DNA of 63,035 bases, filler included, from Chiloscyllium plagiosum (lineage: Eukaryota), in NCBI RefSeq assembly GCF_004010195.1. It is 7 parts of one record of this genome, joined end to end, with 100 filler letters (N's around TTAATTAATTAA, not from the genome) between each part and the next. Parts side by side here need not be neighbours in the genome. Positions count along the whole stretch, not along the records: positions 51,129 to 58,996 come from NC_057717.1; positions 59,097 to 63,035 come from NC_057717.1; 5 more parts are not named here. One strand, written 5' to 3'. The position numbers and the translations under genes were made by a program. Below the pieces are notes generated by a model that was not told the origin of the DNA, did no database searches, and saw only the letters and a list, made by a program, of their open reading frames with translations. Positions 52,592 through 63,035 of this stretch are shown here, one piece after another (positions within the stretch are counted from its first letter, which is position 1; each line of letters opens with the position of its first letter).

Positions 52592-53159
52592 TGTCATGAA
52601 CATAGACTACAAAACGTTTAAGTTTAAAGGTTTTTAGGGCCATTATGATCACAGCTAACACATACCACCGAACGCAAAAATGCTTTAAAAGAAACATCTG
52701 CACAATGAAAGTGGAGTAAACGGTTGTTCTTCTTTATCAAGCTGGGCTTTTCTCTGCGTTCATTTAGTGTTTGGTCGTGTCGTTGTTCACTGAAAGCAGG
52801 GAGACAGATTAAAAACTGCTGGTCCATTCTTGTCAACTCTCTGCGCCCTCTCTCCTGTGAGATCTTTTGTTTGATTTTATCTTTTATGTCAAGGGGTACG
52901 TAAGGTATTGTTGCAAGCATTTGAAACAACAAGAGAATGTTGTGATAAACATTTGGATTTTCTGTGTTCTGTTCTCTTTTGTTTTTTGTTTCCTTCAGTA
53001 ATTATAGAAATAAATTATGTTTTGTTTAAAACTGAGTGGGTTAACCAGCTGCATTCCTCCTGGGATATCTGCCGTAAACCTCCTTAAAACAAGTCGAAAA
53101 TTTAGGGCTTGGGCCACGTTCTTCAAATGCTTTGAAGGTGTCTGATCTGATCCAAACCA
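52592..53159 (+). mobile_element. Possible solo LTR
   Basis: TG...CA ends with weak terminal complementarity and internal AATAAA near 53010; no clear TSD. Confidence 0.35.
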
Positions 53160-53334
53160 GTGTTTATTTATGAGAAATGGATATTATTTGCGTGACTAAG
53201 TTATAGGAAAATGTTTATTCCTCAAATTTGATTTTGAGATTTTTATCACGACTCAAAAAACAGATGTAACACGTCTGGTTCCCTTCCATAAGACAAGCAT
53301 TAGCTAAACAACACTAAGAAAATTTAAATGAAAT

Positions 53335-53450
53335 ACAGCAGATAACAGAGAGATGAAACGTGGGGAAAGTTGGTGAAACAGCAGATGTGGCAGGATCAAT
53401 GCAAAGAGAAATGAGGTAACGTTTCCAATTCGATATGCCTCGTCAGCAGA
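53335..53450 (-). mobile_element. PLE-derived half-element; hammerhead core intact, stem II broken
   Basis: Minus: CTGACGA-ggcatatcgaattg-GAAAC-GTT. Confidence 0.6.
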
Positions 53451-54845
53451 ATAACAAAGAATGGTCAATACTATTCAGTAATACCCTTTTCGTAGAGGAG
53501 GAGAGAGGAGCGTTTGGATGCTCTCCAGCTTCAGTCATGTTCTCCATACAGATCTTCCAACGTTCTATACTCCATCCCCAGCTCCGAAATTTTGCTTGAA
53601 CTTCCCCTCATTGAAAAGGTAGCTATTTTATATTAATTTGCACTTTGTTTATCGGATGAACTGGGAAAACAAATCATTAAATCAAAATAAAAGAAGCCTT
53701 CTTCAGGTTACGATTGATGCACATTTTTGAGACACGTTGTCAGCCCTATGTTTTGCAGTGCCTGGTTCATGATAGCGTTACGATGGGGAGGAACTTGAGT
53801 CTGCGCACATGTGGAGTTTCTCCTTACAAGTAAGAACTGATTAAACGGCGGATTTCGGATATATTGTTGACAAAATTCTTCTGGCTGAGAGTAACTATGT
53901 TATGGCTGTGAAAAGCTAAACTGCTTGGGTTGTGAACAAAGCGTTCAGAGGTAATCAGATCTTCACAAAAGCAAGAGTTGCTTCAACTCTCTCAAAAGCA
54001 ATAACTTGATGAAGAAAGCAAACTAGTTATGTGTTTTCAGCTAGTGCCATGAATTTAACGTTTAATGGTAAAGTGAATAGTTCAGAGACGTTTGTAGCAT
54101 CACTCAGTCTGCACGTCCAGCAACCAAGTGAAATATGCCAAACTAATTTGCACAGAAGCATAGTTCTTTGCAACTTCGAAACAGTGCACAAAATATTTTA
54201 TTGGAAGATATAGATAGGTTGAGGATGGGGATAATAAATGGGTTTGCAAATGGCAGGACGTTGTGGGTGGTCAAATGTGCAGTAGCAGATGTTAGGTTCA
54301 AGGAAGTTTTACACGGGTTGCTCAAATGGGTAGATATGTAGGCGATCGACAGTTGCCATGAAAATTGTGAGATAATGCACTTTGCAAGATGTAACACGAC
54401 AAGCACAGTTACTCAATAAATGGCAGGACGTTAGAAAGCTTAGAGTAACAAAGGGAGCTCGGGGTCCTTGTTCATTGATAATTGAAATTGGCACCAAACG
54501 TTGAAAAATGTGGTGCTGGAAAAACACAGCAGGCCAGGCAGCATCCGAGTAGCAGGAGAAGCGACATTTCGGACATAAGCCCTTCTTCAGGAATAAGGCT
54601 GGTGTGCCAAGTGGGCTGAGATAAAAGATAGGTCGGGAGGGAATTTGGGGGATGGGCGCTGAGAATAATATAGGTGGAAGGAGGTGAGGGTGAGAGAAAT
54701 AGGCCGGAGAAGGGGTGGGGGCGGAGAGGTCGGGAAGAAGACTGAAGGTCAAGAGGGCGGTGTTGAATCCGAGGACTGAGATAAGGTCGGGGAGCTGAAA
54801 TGTGGAAGCTGGAGAAATCTATTTTCATCCCTTATATTTGGAGGG

Positions 54846-55335
54846 TCCCTCGTCAGGTCCACATCCCCCACCAACCCAACCTCCACTCCGGGCACCTTTC
54901 CCTGCAAGGGCAAGTCGTGCAAAACCTGCGCCCACTCCTCCCCCCTCACCTCCCTCCAAGGCTCCAGTGGATCCTCCTATATCCATCGCAAATTCACCTG
55001 CACCTCCACGCACATCAATTACTGTAACCGCTGCACCCGATGTGGTCTCCTGTACATTGTGGAGACAGGCCGCCTACTTATGGAACATTTCAGGGAACAC
55101 CTCTGGGACCCGCACCAACCGATCCAACCGCCCAGTGGCTGAACACTTTCACTCCCCCTCCCACTCCGCCAATGACATGCAGGTCCTTGGCCTCCTCCAT
55201 CGCCAGACTCTGGCCACACGACGCCTGGAGGAAGAGTACCTCATCTTCCGCCTAGGAACCCTCCAAGCACACGGGATGAATGTTGATTTCTCCAGCTTCC
55301 TCATTTCCCCTCCCGCCATCTTATCTCAGTCCTAA
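54846..55335 (+). pseudogene. PLE Cys-rich linker plus GIY-YIG endonuclease, one frameshift (about 55108)
   Basis: GTFPCKGKSCKTC..FTCTSTHINYCNRCTRCGLLYIVETGRLLMEHFREH / PVAEHFHSPSH..RRLEEEYLIFRLGTLQAHGMNVDF. Confidence 0.9.
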
Positions 55336-55514
55336 CCGTCGGATTCAGCACAGCCTTCTTGACCTGTAATCTTCTTCCCGAGCTCTCAGTCCCACCCCCC
55401 CTCTGGCCTATCACGCTCACCCTCACCTCCTTCCACTTATCGTATTCCCAGCGTCCCTCCCCCAAATTCCCTACGCCCTAACTTTTATCTCAGCCCGCTT
55501 GGCACACCAGCCTC

Positions 55515-55550
55515 ATTTCTGAAGAAGGGGTTATGCCCGAAACGTCGATT
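55515..55550 (+). ncRNA. Minimal type I hammerhead ribozyme motif
   Basis: CTGAAGA(55519-25)-A-GGG-gttatg-CCC-GAAAC-GTC(55544-46); all core positions intact; stem I weak. Confidence 0.65.
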
Positions 55551-57240
55551 CCCCTGCTCCTCGGATGCTGCCTGGCTTGCTGTGTTTTTCCAGCACCACA
55601 TTTTTCAACTCTGGTACTCCAGCAACTGCAGTCCTCACTTTCTCCGAGTTGAACCAAACGTTGAAAGTGTATTTCAGAAAACAAATAAAGCTGCTGCTTT
55701 TTCCTGCCATGTGTACGTCAACGCATAGGGCAGGGACGTTCTATTACAATTGTACAAATCTTCGCATATCCTAAAGCTCAATTGCAGTATGCAGTTCCAT
55801 TAGCCATGCTTTATGATGATTTGAATTCCCTGGCGGGGATGCAGCACATATTCACAAAGGATTAGCTGGACAGACGAAAGTTAGCCAGAAAGACAGTTTG
55901 GATAGACGTGAGGGGTTTCTTTAGAGCAGAGAGAGCTGTGCGGTTCCACATTGAGGGTTACGAGGTTATGAGAGGCAAGGGATTGGTGGAATGAAGTAGC
56001 TGTTTATTCAACTTTTGGGTGAATAACGAAGAGGACACAGTTTTATGTTAAGTGTTTAGAGGCCATCAAGGAGTTTTTTTCGCAGCCAAAGGGATTTGGA
56101 TATCTGAAAGTGGCTGCCCCAAAGTGTGGGTGTCATTCAAATGCTTAACCTCACCAATGTTAAAAATTATAGCAATGAACACTTCAACTCTGATGGCAGA
56201 CAAGTGTTGGAATGTGGGATTAGTGACAATAGGACAGTGCAGGATTATTTTCGGAAGTTCATTTTAATTGCTCTTTTACCCATGACGCTATGCATCTCAG
56301 AAGCATATCAACTGGTATGTGAGCAGTGAGCATGGCTTTCCGATTCTTTCCATTTAACCAAAAATCGTTGAATATACACACCAATCTACGGAATGTGATT
56401 CCGACTTTGCAGGTCTCTCTGCATGGGTCACGACATGGGAATCGATGTAGGAATGACAGGATATGACATTGCCAAATTGGACCGAGCACTCATATCTGAT
56501 GCAGCAAATGTCAGGAACTTTTCTTACCTTGTGATCTTCCCACATAATTTAATATTGTGCAATAAGTAAGATGTATGGCTAGATGAGACACAGGTAAGGT
56601 TTGTACTGGGTAATCTGTGGTTGGAAATGCATCAGAGAAGCATGAGTGGGGAATCTGATGGAGGCATGCACGATTTTGAATGGCATTGACTCGGTTAAAC
56701 AAAAACTTTTCTCCTCCGTCGAGATGTCAATGAGACAATGGCGTACTTTTGAAGTGGAAGACTTCTTGTTAAAACAGTACCTTGCTTTACAATGAATCAA
56801 AGCAGGCAAGCACACGCACACAGGTGTGTCAGTTTCATATAATTGTGTGGCACATTACAGGGAAAGCAATGATTTTGATTGCATTTGCTGCATGGTAGGA
56901 GACATAGGCGAAACAAAAAAACAGGTTCACCTGATGAAATTCAGCTGTTCTAGCAAATTCTTTGGAGAGAAGCCAACCCGAATGTTTTGAACACCGATTC
57001 CGTTCTTCAGAATATATGAGACAGACCTGAAGGGCATCAGTGTCATGCCACGCTGAATAAATTATCTAAAGCATATGAAGCAGTGTTTCCACTCTTCCAA
57101 ATATCTTCCAAACCTCCCGAATTACAAACAAGTATAGTTAAAAATCTGTTTCGGGTTGGCATAACTTGGGAGATAAATTAAATGGGCAAAGCAACATGTA
57201 ATACCCCAATTTCTTCTCAAACGCAATATGATGTGAAATA

Positions 57241-57448
57241 GGAGAAAGTGAGGACTGCAGATCAGAGCTGAAAATGTGTTGCTGGAAAAGCGCAGCAGGT
57301 CAGGCAGCATCCAGGGAACAGGAGAATCGACGTTTCGGGCATAAGCCCTTCTTCAGGAATGAAGAAGGGCTTATGCCCGAAACGTCTATTCTCCTGTTCC
57401 TGGATGCTGCCTGACCTGCTGCGCTTTTCCAGCAACACATTTTCAGCT
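57241..57448. mobile_element. Foldback mini-element made of two PLE terminal repeats
   Basis: Arms 57266-57355 and 57360-57448; one mismatch, one bulge, GGAA loop. Confidence 0.93.
57325..57360 (-). ncRNA. Minimal type I hammerhead ribozyme motif (perfect core)
   Basis: attc-CTGAAGA-A-GGGC-TTAT-GCCC-GAAAC-GTC-gatt; predicted cut after 57329. Confidence 0.7.
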
Positions 57449-58124
57449 GTTATATCGCATTTTCAATTTACCATACAGAACCAACCCAAGCACCATAAAA
57501 TCAAAGGAGATATCCATTTAGCATGGAGCAGTTTGTAGGCCATGCTGTATCTGCCCAACAAAGCAACATGCCCTGAGTCGAACACTGTATCGATCACACC
57601 ATTGCATTGTTCTAGAAACACGGACGAGATAACATTCCAGCCTGGAGCTGTGCAGACCGCAGCAGTAGAATTTTTGTTCCATGCCCTCTGAGTGATACAC
57701 TCTCCAAAAGATTGAGATGATTTTTTTTACCCACTCTCTCAGTTTCCGTGTATTTCATGTACTCTTCAAAATTATAATGAGAATAAATTATAAAATCTGG
57801 AGAAAATCCAGTGGTAGCATACAGCCGAGCAATGGGTATGTTCATCTACATCTGTTGATATTGCAGGGACAACATTGCAAGGAATAGAACAAAATAGTTC
57901 TAGTCTCCAAAGCCAATCTTTAGTAATGAAAAAACCTTGAAATATCCAATGCATGGCGGTACATTCGTAATGTTCCAACCGGAGTATCACTTTTTCACTT
58001 TCTCTTCTCTTTGGGCTTTAAGAATCTTTTTAGATACGTTTTAACTTATTGAAGTTACTCTGAGAGCCTTGGAGGGGAGTCCAAGACGGGAGAATAACGC
58101 GGGAAGCTAAACATCCTGTTTGGG

Positions 58125-58327
58125 AGCCCAAATTGATCTGGAGACTGGGCCAGATACATTCTCGAGACTGAGCCCAGTGCGGTCTGGAAACTCGGTGCTT
58201 GCATAGACTGGGTGTATGGACAGTAAATACAGTCTTCTCTTTTCGTTGTTTTTTATTCTTGCACTGGACTTTGTTTTTTTTCTTTTTGTCATTTTAGTAT
58301 CCAGTGCTTAAGTCGCCGTACCTAGGT
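58125..58327 (+). mobile_element. Second copy of the element carrying the 23-bp array (about 4 units)
   Basis: gatctggagactgggcc units followed by ggacagtaaat..ttttattctt..gactttg..gtacctagg, as at 25459-25562. Confidence 0.75.
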
Positions 58328-58334
58328 TATAGAG

Positions 58335-58580
58335 TTGATTGCATGTGGAAGCAGGCCGTATGCTCCAACTACCCCACACCGACACTCCAAAGAATAACCC
58401 ACACAGATACATTCCCCTACTCTTTTCATCTCCATTTACCCCAATTAATGCACATGCCTTACGTATTCCTGAACAGTATGAGCAACTTAGCATGGCCAAT
58501 TCACCTACACTTCATATCTTTCGATTGTGGGAGAAACTGGAGCCCGTGAACGAAACCCATGCAGACATGGGGAGCGTGGA
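58335..58580 (-). mobile_element. Decayed SINE
   Basis: ttagcatggccaattcaccta..tgtgggagaaactggagc..gaaacccatgcagacatgggga. Confidence 0.8.
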
Positions 58581-58996
58581 CAAACGTCACAATGATGCTT
58601 CCCCAACCACACCTTATTGAAAACAGGATGTTTTATTTCTTCCAGCAGTTCTACTTTTGTGATTTTTCCACTTCGTATTAAATATTCATTGTTATGCCCA
58701 TTAACCCTTATTGTTGTGGTTACCAGACATGAAGGCAATACACACTATGAACTATGCTAACTCCTTTAGCACATTAATCATCTCAAGTATATGTTCTCTC
58801 ATTCTTCAAAACTCAAGAGTGTATGGGCCTAAAATATTTAATTACTTGACAATAAGATTCGTTCCTCAGCTCTGGAGTTAGAGCAGAGAACCTTCAGCAG
58901 CATATCACACAACTTCAGAATAACGATCCAGAATTACCATACATTTTAATTTTTCTACTATTTATATTTATAAAAAATCCTGAATGTTTCATTTTA

Positions 58997-59096
58997 NNNN
59001 NNNNNNNNNNNNNNNNNNNNNNNNNNNNNNNNNNNNNNNNTTAATTAATTAANNNNNNNNNNNNNNNNNNNNNNNNNNNNNNNNNNNNNNNNNNNN
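58997..59096. other. Artificial contig spacer
   Basis: Same structure. Confidence 0.97.
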
Positions 59097-59301
59097 GGCT
59101 GAAGATTGTTACAAATGCAGCAGCATTAAATTTTCCCTGATGTGCTGGGCTCCCCCGTAACTGGGGATGTCATTGTTGGAGAGCAGCCTGCTCCTCCAAT
59201 TCTCTCTATTATTCTCCAAGATCTTTGAAAACTACATGTGGCAGGACCACAGAGATGGATCTGAACCATTGATTGCGGGTTCATAAATGGAACATAGAAC
59301 A

Positions 59302-59566
59302 TAGAAAAGTACAGCACAGAACCGGCCCGTTGGCTCCACGATGTTGTGCCGATATTTTAACCGAATGTGAAATATAGTAACTTAACCTACACACCTCTCA
59401 ACTCACTGCTATCCATGTGCATGTCTAGCAGTCGGTTAAATATCCCCAATGACTCTGCTTCCACCACCACAGCTGGCAAAGCATTCCATGCATTCACTAC
59501 TCAATGCGTAAAGAACCTACCTCTGACGTCTGCTTTATACTATCCTACTAATATCTTCAAAAAATC
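59302..59566 (-). mobile_element. Short 5'-truncated CR1 3' end with 15-bp TSD
   Basis: Matches 35104-35355; ATGGAACATAGAACA at 59287-59301 and 59567-59581. Confidence 0.85.
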
Positions 59567-60783
59567 ATGGAACATAGAACAAAAAAAGCTATTATCTCTG
59601 GTTTGTTACCCTTGCCACATGAGAGCGAGGCGAGGTGGCTCGAGGGATACTGCATGAGGGAGTGTTTCAAGTCTCTGCATAATTGGGGCTCATTCTTGGC
59701 AACTTGGGTCCTGGACGGTCTTCAACTCAACCAGAGGGGTACTAATACCCTGGGTTCGAAATTTGCTAGTGTTATTTAGGTGGGTTGAAACTAGCTCATC
59801 AGAGGGATGGGAACCTGTGGTGTAGTTTAACTGCATAGGAGGCTGAGTGTTGGGAGGGCATGGACAGGATTTCACAGTCACAAGAGTGTGCTGGCAGCTC
59901 GTAAGCTGGTTTGACGTGTGTCTAATTCAGCGCTGGGAGTGTCCAGAATAAGGTAGCAGAGCTTACAGCATGGACAGATACCTGGGACTTTGATGTTGTG
60001 GCCAATTCGGAGGCATGGAGAGAGCAGGTTGCTGGTTCCAGATATTAAATCTTTCATGAAGTTCACGGAAGGTGTTACAATGGGGGAGAGGTGGCTTTGT
60101 TCGTGAAGTACATTCTAACGATGGCGGAATTAACTTTTGACGTGAACTCGTCTGCTGAGGTGAGATACGCTGAAGTTAGAGACAGGCGAGTTCACACTGC
60201 TGGGAGTTTTTCCTAAGCCTCCACAAAGTTCCAGGGATGTGGAAGAGAGGATTAGCAAAACGATTCTGCGTAGGAGTGGAAGGAACTGAGTTGTCATTAT
60301 TGGGGCTTTACGTTCCCAAGATACACTGGAAATGGAATAAATCTAGGACGTCGGACGGTTCTGTTTTGGAACACTGAGTGCAGGCGGGTTGCTTGATGCA
60401 GTGTGTCAAAGGGCCGACAAGAGGGCTGGGCGCAGTCTTGATTTGGTGCTTGGTAATAAACGAGGCCAGGTGTTTCATTTAGTGGAGGCGAACACTTTGG
60501 TTTGAGTTACAATCATTCAGTTATGTTTAGTTTAGCGATTGAAAGGGAGAGGGACATGACACAGGGCAGGGGTTATAGATGGGCAAGGGTAATATTAAAA
60601 TGATTAGGCAAGACGTAGGAGGTCTAGAATGCGGTAGAAAAATGCAGAATGGGGACAATCGAAAAGTGGAGCTGGTTGAAGGAAGGGATATTGCGTGCTC
60701 TTCAAAAGTATGTCCCTGTCAGACAGGGAGGAAGTGACAGTGTAAGGGAACCGTGGTTTACTGAAGAAATTGTATCTCTTGTT

Positions 60784-61175
60784 TCACATACATGAACATC
60801 AACTAGCCACGAAACAACACAACCAGCTATCCTTTGTAGCCACACACGCAGATAACAAGCAACATGAATTCGACTGGGACAACACTACTATCATAGGGCA
60901 AGCCAGACAGAGAACAGCCAGGGAATTCCTAGAGGCATGGCATTCATCCACAAACTCCATCAACAAACACATCGACCTGTACCCAATATACCAACCACTA
61001 CAGCGGACAGCTGAAACTGACAACCGGAAGCGGCAGGGACAGACCACTATAAACACCGGAGGAAACATCAAAGAAGCGCTTCGCAGGAGGCTCCCAAGCA
61101 CTGATGATGTCGTCTAGCCAGGGGATGAAACGTTTGCAACAAAAACTTCCAGCTCGTCGAACAGAACCACAACAA
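60784..61175 (+). mobile_element. Poseidon-type PLE 3' fragment nested in CR1
   Basis: HIHEHQLATKQH..HEFDWDNTTIIGQARQRTAREFLEAWHS..SINKHIDL (GIY-YIG C-terminal half). Confidence 0.9.
61098..61137 (+). ncRNA. Minimal type I hammerhead ribozyme motif (Poseidon family)
   Basis: gca-CTGATGA-T-GTCGTC-tagcca-GGGGAT-GAAAC-GTT-tgc; core intact, stem I gca/tgc. Confidence 0.65.
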
Positions 61176-63035
61176 ACCTTTCATAAGCTTCAACATGGCA
61201 GACTGATGGAGAAAATGCAGAGGCATGGGATTAAGACTGATTTAGCATCTGGATTTGAAACTGACTTTCTGTAAGAAGGCAGCGAGTGCTGGTTGATGGA
61301 AAATATTCGGACTGTAGTCCGGTTACTGGGGTATGACAGAAGGATCTCGATATGGACCACGGCTGTTTGTTATTTTTATAAGTGACTTGGACGCAGGCAT
61401 CAGTGGATGGCTTCGTAAGATTGCAGATGACACTAAAGTCGGCGGAATGGTGGACAGTGTGGAAGAATGTTGCAGATTTCAGAGGGACCTGGATAAACTA
61501 CAGCATTGGGCTGAGACGTGGCAAATGGGGATCATTGCAGATAAATGTGAGGTGATTCACTTTGGGAAGAATAACAGGAAGGCAGAATACTGTGTCAATG
61601 GCAAGTTTCTCAGTAGTGTTGATGTACGGAGGGGTCTTGTTTTCCATGTACATAGATCACTGAAATTTGCCACCATTGTTGATAGTACTGTTAAGAAAGC
61701 ATACGGTGTGTTAGGTTTTATTGGTCGATGGATTGAGTTCTGACGTCGTGATGTCTTGCTGCAACTGTACACTTGTAATATTGTGTACAGTTCTGATCTC
61801 CCCGTTACAGGAAAGGTGTGGAAGCATTGGAAAAGTTGAACAGGAGATTTACCAGGAGGTTGCCTGGACTGGAGCAAAGATCTTGGCCAAAAAAATGACC
61901 ATCTGAAGTATACGAGCTGCAGCGTTCACAGTCAATATTTTGAAAGTTGGAATCACCCATAACAGCTCACCAGAATAATGAAGACAGATTCATGTTAATG
62001 ACACCATGTCGTCACAACTGATTAGGAAGAAAAGAGGAAACAAGAACAGAAATTGATGGACGAACTCAACAAGTCTGTCATCTTTTGTGGAGAATAACCA
62101 GAGCAAACAAATCACATCAAGTTACCTTTTCTCAGAACTGGAGTTAGGTTCGCTAAATCAACAGTTTTGGTTTCGTGTTTTGAAGTCCAACATCCATTGT
62201 TCAGCTTTTTTTTTCTACGGTTGGAAGACGAGTCTATGAGCAGTACTTGCACCTACTGTCCACCTCCCTTCATGTTTGTGTCCGTGGTGTCAGAGAACAG
62301 CTGTAGGAAACTCCACTGGGGCAGGATTGAAATGAAGAGGCAAAACGCTCCAAGTCAGTACGATTGAGCTTCCCAGGAAGTGGGTTTGGTACAAAGGCAG
62401 CTTTAAGGCAGCTCAGTGAACGACAGTTTGACTACTATGTACTGAGGGATGAATGGAGTCATTTAAATATTATAACAGCACGTCTTGGTTATGGTCTGAA
62501 AGTCCTTATGAATTCACCTGGAATTCAAGCATTCTGTGAGAACTAAATAATAGTTTAACAAAGACCCTAACGCTGGTGGTTCACCTGTGATATTCAGCCT
62601 CATCTTCAAGGGTTGAATTCATCTCGCGTCAATCCTCCAGCTGGATTGTATTTTTCACACCAACGCATCACCTGATACGGTGGAAATAAACTAATGAAAA
62701 CTAATGTTATCACACATTCACTCAGGGTGAAGTAAATAGAAACAAATAGATACATTCATTCTGAAATTTAATTTACAAATATAAGACATAGAGTGATGAC
62801 TGTCTCGTGCATTTTCTTATAGCAAACACATTTTTTTGTTTTCCTTTTTACTTTTGAGCAGACATTTAACACATTGATTTTAGAGAGGAAGAGAGCAGTG
62901 GAGTAAGTCATTGTTGTTTCTTTAATTATGGCCGTACAATGCTACTTTGCTGCAGGTCTTCCTCGTATCTGTATCCTGTTCACTGGCTGAGAACCGATTG
63001 TTTGTTGTGGAACGATTATTTACACAGTCAGTTAT

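Larger units (their letters stand above)
54500..55652 (+). mobile_element. 5'-truncated Neptune-type Penelope element with inverted 5' pseudo-LTR and 14-bp TSD
   Basis: 54500-54850 is an inverted copy of about 55253-55610; ACCAAACGTTGAAA at 54493-54506 and 55653-55666. Confidence 0.93.
54190..56260 (+). mobile_element. Old CR1 RT/3' fragment hosting the PLE
   Basis: gggtttgcaaatggcaggacg (ADD region), aattgtgagataatgcactttg (KCEVMHF-like); continues after 55666. Confidence 0.7.
59590..61875 (+). mobile_element. CR1 LINE ORF1 C-terminus and ORF2, decayed and internally deleted
   Basis: DGLQLNQRGTNTLG (esterase end), APE remnants, then LFVIFISDLDAG..KIADDTKVGG..WQMGIIADKCEVIHFG. Confidence 0.9.

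Noticed and set aside
57266..57448. pre-miRNA gene or DNA-transposon MITE
   Set aside because: The arms match the terminal repeat of the GIY-YIG Penelope element at 54500-55652; the stem is longer and more perfect than a typical pre-miRNA.

Overview
This is repeat-dense vertebrate genomic DNA, very likely from a cartilaginous fish (shark). That call is an inference from HE1/V-SINE-type tRNA SINEs, their CR1/HER1-like partner LINEs and a shark-type GPR139-like receptor. The window is not contiguous: six identical artificial 100-bp spacers (44 N + TTAATTAATTAA + 44 N) join seven contigs. The only recognisable host gene is one uninterrupted minus-strand coding exon of a rhodopsin-class GPR139/GPR142-like GPCR (20336-20924), cut off by a gap. 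Most of the recognisable remainder is decayed CR1/L2 LINEs, SINEs, Penelope-like elements (PLEs, GIY-YIG endonuclease; Neptune- and Poseidon-type), one MITE, and mini/microsatellites. The most striking signal is about 13 minimal hammerhead-ribozyme motifs (CTGANGA-N-stem II-GAAAC-GUH) in at least four PLE-derived terminal-repeat families. They show compensatory stem changes and include a near-perfect 89-bp foldback and a tandem ribozyme pair 208 nt apart. Hammerheads in PLEs are a known phenomenon; whether these families are described or active cannot be decided from the sequence alone. All repeat family names come from motif recognition by eye, not database searches, and the boundaries of decayed repeats are approximate.
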